Origin: Intoshia linei
Taxonomy: Eukaryota; Animalia; Orthonectida
Direction of reading: 5' to 3'
Assembly (NCBI GenBank): GCA_001642005.1
Contig: LWCA01000172.1
Location: forward strand, 1 to 44,761
DNA length: 44,761 bases
Part shown: positions 37,498-44,761 of the stretch, piece by piece
Layout of the letters: each line of letters begins with the position of its first letter
Position numbering within the stretch: position 1 is the stretch's first letter
Made by a program: the position numbers and the translations under genes
Notes under the pieces: generated by a model
Told to the model about the DNA's origin: nothing
Seen by the model: the letters and a program-made list of their open reading frames with translations, nothing else
The model's database searches: none

Positions 37498-40400
37498 ATG
37501 TCAAATTTTTTAGACAACAAGAACAAAAAACCAACTGAGTCAAGTTCGTCCAGTAATATGGACCATCAAAATTTTCAAATGTTTCAGGCCCCACCAAAGA
37601 CTAGATACACAGGACAGCAAGATTACTCACATTCGGATTTTCAATATTTTAATCCTACTCCAGGAATATGCAATAATCCAAACATGCCTAGCCAAAGCAA
37701 TTTTTTCCAACCACTTTCGTCTTTAAACATTGAAAATTCCATGAGAAATTTACAAGTTCAAGATAATTACAACGTTCGATTTCCAAACGAACAGCAAAGA
37801 TTTAGAAGAGAACTAGACATTAATATAGATAGAAGTAATATTGATTATAATAGACACGAAATTCCGCGTCGAACGATTAGTAATTCTCCGTTTAAGGAGC
37901 ACTTTGGAGAGGGAATGAACGCTCAACTTCGAGACAAACTTACAGGTATTTCGACGGCAAGATGGGCTAGCCCTGAAATAAAACCAAACCCAGAAAGCCA
38001 AGATAATAGACAAACATCTAACCCCTTAAATTTTTCTAATTCACCACAGAAAAAATTTTTCAGAGCTTCCATCATAACTAAATTTATTTCACCAAAGAGG
38101 CCGGACCATGGCAGTAACGGACGTCGAATTTTATTGCGTGCTAATCATTTTCGAGTTAAAATGCCAACTGGAATAATCCACCATTATGACGTTCAAATTA
38201 CGCCAGACAAATGTCCGCGTCGAGTGAACCGAGAAATTGTTTGTTGTATGGTAAAAACACATGCAAATATTTTCAGCAGTCAATGTCCCGTGTTTGACGG
38301 TAAAACAAACATGTATTGTCGAGATGCATTGCCTATAGGAAGAGATTCAATCCAATTGGAAGTACGACTACCCGGCGAAGGTAGAGACCGCAAATTTGAC
38401 GTAGTTATAAAATGGCACAGTCAGGTCAGTTTGGAAGGACTCGAACACGTTTTTACTGGGAAATCAACAGTAATACCTTTGGACGTGGTCCAAGCTATAG
38501 ACGTTGTTATGCGTCATTTGCCCAGCATGTCTTATACGCCCGTTGGACGATCCTTTTTCTCACCCCCCGACAAATTTCAACATCCTCTAGGGTCAGGAAG
38601 AGAAGTTTGGTTTGGGTTTCATCAGAGTGTTAAACCTTCTCATTGGAAAATGATGTTAAATATTGATGTATCTGCAACAGCTTTTTATAAATCTCAATCA
38701 GTGATAAATTTCGTATGTGAAGTTTTGGATATAAAAGACCTTTCTAGTACTCGCTCTATTAACGATTCTCAGAAAACAAAATTGTCTAAAGAAATGAAAG
38801 GTCTCAAAATTGAAATTACACATTGTGGTAATATGCGGCGCAAATATAGAATTAGCAATATTACTAAAAAGTCAGCTAGTACATTATTTTTTCCACGGCA
38901 AGATAGTCCAAACGATTTGGTCAGTGTAGAAAATTATTTTTTCGAAAAGTATAATTTGCGTTTAAAGTATCCCTTGTTTCCGTGTTTACAGGTATCTTTT
39001 ATTTTTTTTAAGTTAATCTTCAACTTAATTTATATTTAGGTCGGATTGGAAGCTAAACACACATACTTACCGATGGAAGTGTGCAATATTATATCTGGGC
39101 AAAGGTGTATTAAAAAGCTTTCGGACATGCAAACTTCTACAATGATTAAAGCTACTGCTAGATCGGCCCCAGACCGAGAAGTGGAAATCAATAATTTGGT
39201 TAAAAAAGCAAATTTTAATTCTGATATCCATCTGAAAACTTTCGGTGTCGCAATTTCTCCCAAAATGACGGAAATCAACGGCCGAGTTTTGGCTCCCCCA
39301 AGAATTCAGTATGGTGGGCGCTATATTCAAGTTGTCCCCAACCAAGGAGTTTGGGATATGCGAGGAAAACAACTTTTTCAAGGTGTAGAAGTAGACAGAT
39401 GGGGTTTAGTTTGTTTTGCTCCCATGAGAGTGGTTTCTGAAGAATCTTTGCGGTCTTTTATTAATCATTTAGTAAACATTTCCAGAGGTGCCGGGTTGTC
39501 CATGTGCCAACACCCTGTATTTTGTAAATATGCAATTGGTGTTAACCATGTTGAGCCAATATTTACGTACTTAAATCATCATTTCCCTTACTTGCAATTA
39601 CTGATTGTAGTTTTACCAGGTAAAACCCCTGTTTATGCAGAAATAAAAAGACTTGGTGATATTAACACGGGTATAGCTACTCAATGCGTTCAAGCTAAAA
39701 ATGTAAATAGAACTTCTCCTCAAACACTATCAAATTTATGTTTGAAAATAAACGTCAAACTTGGAGGAATTAATAATATAATTCAACCCGGTGTTCGTGG
39801 TGCTATTTTCACGCGACCGATAATGTTTATTGGAGCAGATGTTACTCATCCACCCGCCGGCGACACAGCAAAGCCCTCAATTGCCGCTTTAGTGGCCAGT
39901 ATGGATGCACATCCAAGTAGGTACGCTGCCTCAGTTCGCGTACAATCAAATCGCCAGGAACATATACAAGATATGAGCTCTATGGTTGAAGAATTATTGT
40001 TGCATTTCTATCGCTCAACTCAATATAAACCAGAAAGAATTATAATTTACAGGGATGGTGTTTCCGAAGGTCAGTTTTCAACAGTGTTGTTGCATGAACT
40101 CAAACAGATTAGAAGAGCGTGTATTAATCTGGAACATGGTTATCAGCCAGGTATTACGTTTATCATTGTACAAAAAAGACACCATACTCGATTGTTTTGC
40201 GCTGATGGAAAAGATCAGGTAATTTATTCATTATTTACTTTATTATTGATTTGTATGCTTTAGACTGGAAAAAGTAAAAATATTCCTGCGGGTACAACTG
40301 TTGATATTGGTATTACTCACCCGACTGAATTTGATTTTTTCTTGTGCAGTCACGCTGGGATTCAAGGAACTAGCAGGCCTAGTCATTATCATGTTTTATG

Positions 40401-41682
40401 GGACGATAATAATCTTAGTTCAAATGAATTACAAATGCTTACTTATCAACTGTGCCATACTTATGTACGTTGTACTCGCTCTGTATCCATTCCAGCTCCA
40501 GCATATTATGCTCATTTGGTTGCTTTTCGGGCTAGATATCATCTTGTTGAGATGATTGATTATGATAGGTAATTTTTATATCTTAAATTATTTTATTCTA
40601 ATACATGTAAACATTTCTCAAACGAGGCATCATAAATGTTATAAAAACAAACTACAAAAAACTACACCTGGCAAAACGTTAGATCACCTCAATTAAATGA
40701 AAATATAAATAAAACTAATGGAATTTTTTAATACTAGAATAATATTGTAATCAATGATTGCAGCTATTTTTAAATGTTTGAAATTGGTAGGCATTTTTAT
40801 TATACCAAAAAAATAAATTCACGTTGAAAATCTAACTTAAAAATCATACTATTCACTATTATAAATCCTTTAAAGGAGTGGTTCTCAAACTTGTTTCAGG
40901 TGGAACTATTATATCACATTAATTTTTACTTTAAAGTGAATTATTCCACCTTAATTTTTTTAAATTCTAGAGCTGTTTCATAAAAAAAAGGTAATTTGGG
41001 GTTTTGGCCCTGAAGATGACTATGATTATTTTATGATTTAAAATCCGTATTGGCGTATATATTTTTTTAAATTCTCCAACTCGTTTGATTTTCAAAAAAA
41101 AGACAATTGGGGTTTTTGACCCGTAAGATGTCAGTTTGGGAGGTTGAAATGTATCTTATTATATCCCCCGAAAAAACTGGTATTGAAATGTGGACTTTAT
41201 AAAATGCTAAAACTGGCAGTTATTGAAATAAAGTGGAATACAGACAAACAAATATTGCGTAGCATATTATATAAGTAAGGATATCATTTTATCGTGTTAA
41301 TAATGGTCCTTTCACTTTTATTATTAAACATTTAACTGGTATTCATATTTGGATAGTTATATTTTAAAATGTAATTCTCTGATTTTAAAAAATTTTCAAT
41401 TATTTCGGCCTCATTATCAATATTAAAAATTTCTATTTTTTACAGTAGCTATTATTTTTATTTTTGATGACCACTGAAGCATACGTGCGTCACTGACTAT
41501 AATAATATTTTTAATAAAATACAAACTAATTTAAGCAATGAAAGAAGAACAGAAGAAGAAGAAAACAGGACCCTCGCATTATTAAAAAGAGCCATATCAG
41601 TTCATGCCGACTCAGTAAAAGGTATACTATTTAAATTAATGTAGTAATATAAATATTTAATTTAGTAATGTATTTTGCCTGA
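37498..41682 (+). CDS. AGO2: Argonaute, AGO clade (miRNA/siRNA class), slicer tetrad intact
   Basis: Exons 37498-38991, 39040-40218, 40264-40568, 41536-41621 and 41666-41682. N domain (LRANHF, HHYDV, PVFDG), PAZ (RRKYR, YLPMEVC), MID ([14 protein letters not shown]) and PIWI with D (IGADVTH), E (RQEHI), D (YRDGVSEG), H (AYYAHLVA); ends VMYFA*. The symbol denotes AGO-clade similarity, not strict orthology. Confidence 0.97.
40734..41281 (-). mobile_element. Helitron-like family copy (~550 bp) in Argonaute intron 3
   Basis: Minus 5' end A|TCCTTACTTATATAATATGCTACGCAATATTTGTTTGTCTG at 41281 (near-identical to 21137). The 3' region matches 31875-31945 and ends CTAG|T at 40734. Confidence 0.7.
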
Positions 41683-41732
41683 TCTCATTATGTTAAGTAA
41701 AATGTGATAATTGTTATTTACTAAAATGTTTT

Positions 41733-41746
41733 AATAAATTTTTATT
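41733..41746. terminator. Candidate bidirectional polyadenylation signal shared by AGO and HEN1
   Basis: AATAAA (41733-41738, +) TT TTTATT (41741-41746, AATAAA on -) in the 110-bp gap between the two stop codons. Confidence 0.5.
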
Positions 41747-41792
41747 CAAATCATTACAAATATAAATAAATTTACAATTATTGTTAATAAAT

Positions 41793-43655
41793 TTAACACC
41801 AATCGTCTATAGATAGGGAATTTTTGTCTCTAAAAATACAGTTTTTAAAATAAAAACAAGAATTACGTATTTATTTCCTCTATTGACATGGGGGTAATAT
41901 CCAAGGATAAATTTTCAAAGTATAATTCTTCCTCCAAATCTTCATCACTAAATTATAGTTAGAAACAAAAATTGTAAAAATATTTACCTTGAGCTTTCTA
42001 AATATTCTTCAGAATTTTCACATTTTAAATTTACATTTCTAAACTAAAAACAATTATAACAGTATTATTATTCAAACATAAAAGTGATGGAAATATAATT
42101 ACGTTACGTTAACTAAGAATTCATCCATGGGTTTCAACCTTTAAAAAACCAGATTTCAAACTGGTACAAAACATTAGTATATAGTTTGTACATTGTGCAT
42201 ATTTCTAATATATATAAAAAGTGTTTCAAATTTACGTGAAACTAACCTTAAAGTAAGAAAACAAACTCAAAATTTATTTTTTACCATTTAATTAACTGTT
42301 ACATATAGGATAATCAAAAAATCAAACCACATATAGGATCCCAATATTGGACGCCATTGACTTATAATGCATTTATGAATATAAGTACCAGTTTTAGGTG
42401 TTCATCAAATTTAATTTCAAATGAATCATTTTCTTTTCTAGGTATTGTTAAAGATTCAAAAATAGCAACTTGGGAACAAAATCCAACTCTCTCGTCAGTA
42501 TCAGTAATTAATTTTCCAACGCCTTCAAAATCTAATTTATATTGATATTTTGATGATATTTCAGTGCACCTAATCAATAACATTTTTTACAATATTAAAA
42601 TAATTTACCATGTTTGAAATTCATTTTGAGTCCACTCAAATTTATGATCATCATGTCTGAATTTATTTTTCATTTCTAATAAATGATTGTAATCAGAATT
42701 TGGTGTGGTTATGATGACTATTCTCGGAGACATGTATTCAAAAATTATTTTTATTAAATCGTTCAATTTATCCTCGTGAATATGCTCAACACTAAATTAA
42801 ATATAATAAGATATTGAGTTTAATTTAATTATTATGAAATTTACGTACGATTTATACAACAGTATTTCATTTTTGATTAATTACTCAACTTTTTCTGATC
42901 CTGCACTTAATTTTTAAAATTTTGTCACACCCTAATGTATACCGTGAGTTATCAATGTCGTATAGATTATATTTGAAGCAAAAATTAAGGTGGGGGTTTT
43001 AAGTTTTTTTAATATAAAGAATAAGAAAAAATTTTAGTAAACGTGGATAAATGAGACTTTTTCACATTCTACGACTTGGGCTTAAAGTTTGGTTCAAAAA
43101 AATACCTAAAAATCCTCCTTAAAATTTCTTAAAAAACCTCTTAAAGTTCTGCTCAAAAAAAATTCCCCACCTCAAAGTTTGGTTCAAAAAAATTTTTAAA
43201 ACCTAAAAAATATAATATTGGATGATTTCAAATCTTACCCATATTGGTCAGTTATTAAATAATTACAATTCAATCATTGAAACTGCGTCAAATTTAGCCA
43301 AATCTGTGTTTTTTTTTACATTGAATATGTCAGCTAACATACATTCTACAATAAAATGTGGTCGGTTCTTGAATGCTTCATTGTAGCAACGTTTAGGTTC
43401 ATCTGATTCATACATGGTTTTTTCATCTAAATCTAACATTCCAATTCTATGAATTGTTTTTGTATTTTTTAAATATTGGAAAAATTTCATATCGCTGCAA
43501 CCAACATCCAATACCTTAATCATGTATAATTTAACAAAATAGTAAAAATATACCGATGAGGCATTCATATATTTCAAATTATTCGAAACTAATTCGTATC
43601 TTTGTATATACACGGGTTTTTTAAAAGGGCTTTGAAATGCAACTTTATCGTACAT
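41793..43655 (-). CDS. HENMT1: Small RNA 2'-O-methyltransferase HEN1
   Basis: F..PVYIQRY, VLDVGCSD (SAM binding), FDAVSMIE|FVEH, IITTPNSDYN, FRHDDHKFEWTQNEFQTW, GVG...GFCSQVAIF. MTase exons 43655 to ~42389 are secure; the C-terminal exons down to DDWC* (41793) are inferred. Confidence 0.92.
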
Positions 43656-43797
43656 ATTTAGGAAAATCTTTAATTTAAAATTCTAAAGTTTAATAAAATA
43701 AACTAAACTATTTCTATAGTAGTCACACATCATTTAGAACAAAATTGTTGAGTTTTTCCGTGACTACATAATATGGAAATTTTAAAAATCCTTTTAG

Positions 43798-43957
43798 ATA
43801 AAGTGGCCAGAAAAAATACGTAATATCAATTTTAGTTTATTTGGTGTTAAATGTAAAGACAAAACTACTTATCTATGATGACGAACAAAAATTTTCGACT
43901 TAAAATTTATTCCAAATAAACTAAAAGTGATAGTACGTATTTTTTTGGCCACTTTAT
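43798..43957. mobile_element. MITE (~160 bp) with ~46-bp TIRs, just upstream of HEN1
   Basis: ATAAAGTGGCCAGAAAAAATACGTAATATCAATTTTAGTTTATTTGG (43798-43844) is inverted at 43912-43957. Confidence 0.8.
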
Positions 43958-44170
43958 TTTAGACTAAAATTTAATTGAGAAGTTTTCTCGCCAGTGCAAC
44001 CAACATACACAATTTATAATAAACTGAAAGTTTCAGTCTGAAACAGACAAATAAATAAATGAACAGATGTTATGTTTTACCGGTGTCTTGGAAATTTTGA
44101 ATTTGCATCAACTGCAATAAGCTGTGGTACAGCTGCTGTACCAGAATATTTTTTTTTTAATTATAAATTG

Positions 44171-44761
44171 TTACAGTATAACTCCGTTTTGGGGCACCAT
44201 TTTTTGAAAAGTTTCTAAAAACAGGGGTTTTAGTAAGTTATGTAATTTTTCATTGCAATACATTATGTTATTAAAATATAGGAATGAATGTCTTATGTTG
44301 ATTTGAGAAAGTTTCATCGATAAGAAATTAAAAGCATCTTCCAAAAAGAATTCTCTCAAACAATTACAATAATGATTCTTAAATAATTTAATAATACCCA
44401 TGTCTAAAGGTTGGATTAAACAGGTCGTATTCTTTGGTAAAAAGAAAAGTTCCACATTAGAACATTCAAACGGTTTATGACAACTAGCGTTATCTAAAAT
44501 AATTACAATTTTCCTATTTTCTGCAATCATATTATTATTTATTATCGTCAACCAGGCATGAAAAATGTTATTTGTCATCCAAGCGTTTTTAGATGAAAAA
44601 TATAGAACTCCATAATCATTACAAGAAATATTTTTCATGCATCGAGGATTTTTAGCTTTTCCAATTATCAATGGCTGAAATTTGTCACCGGTTAAACTGC
44701 AACAAAGAAGGAGGCTTACTTTTTCTTTGGTTTTTTTAGTACCTTTGCAGTCATCACTTTT
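44171..44761 (-). mobile_element. pogo/Tigger-family DDE_1 transposase fragment (runs off the window edge; C-terminus looks truncated)
   Basis: KGTKKTKEKVSLLLCCSLTGDKFQPLIIGKAKNPRC, KNAWMT, IILDNASCH, FLPKNTTCLIQPLDMGII. Confidence 0.9.

Noticed and set aside
37813-40555. Alternative-frame and antisense ORFs within Argonaute (similar ones over OXCT1, BCKDHB, KLF, SPATA1 and HEN1)
   Set aside because: Shadow ORFs of real coding exons with no independent signals.

Overview
Very AT-rich, gene-dense animal genomic DNA with many ultra-short introns (about 31-45 nt) and a few larger introns packed with transposon debris. This architecture suggests a miniaturised parasite genome such as an orthonectid (Intoshia-like), which is an inference. 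Hand-spliced genes in order: COX5B-like (-, 3' half degenerate or unresolved), CHAF1A (+), two unidentified genes (- and +), SPATA1-like (+), OXCT1/SCOT (-) head-to-head with BCKDHB (+), a KLF zinc-finger factor (+), YLPM1 (+), a slicer-type Argonaute (+), HEN1/HENMT1 (-) and a pogo/Tigger DDE transposase fragment at the right edge. The most notable arrangement is the tight YLPM1 (PNK-like P-loop kinase)-Argonaute-HEN1 block, with AGO and HEN1 tail-to-tail around a palindromic double poly(A) signal and the HEN1 tail apparently built from micro-exons. Large introns carry a recurrent non-autonomous Helitron-like family, Tc1-like remnants (one IR/DR type), hAT MITEs and fragments, and a local tandem repeat. 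All exon coordinates were read by eye and need RNA-seq confirmation.
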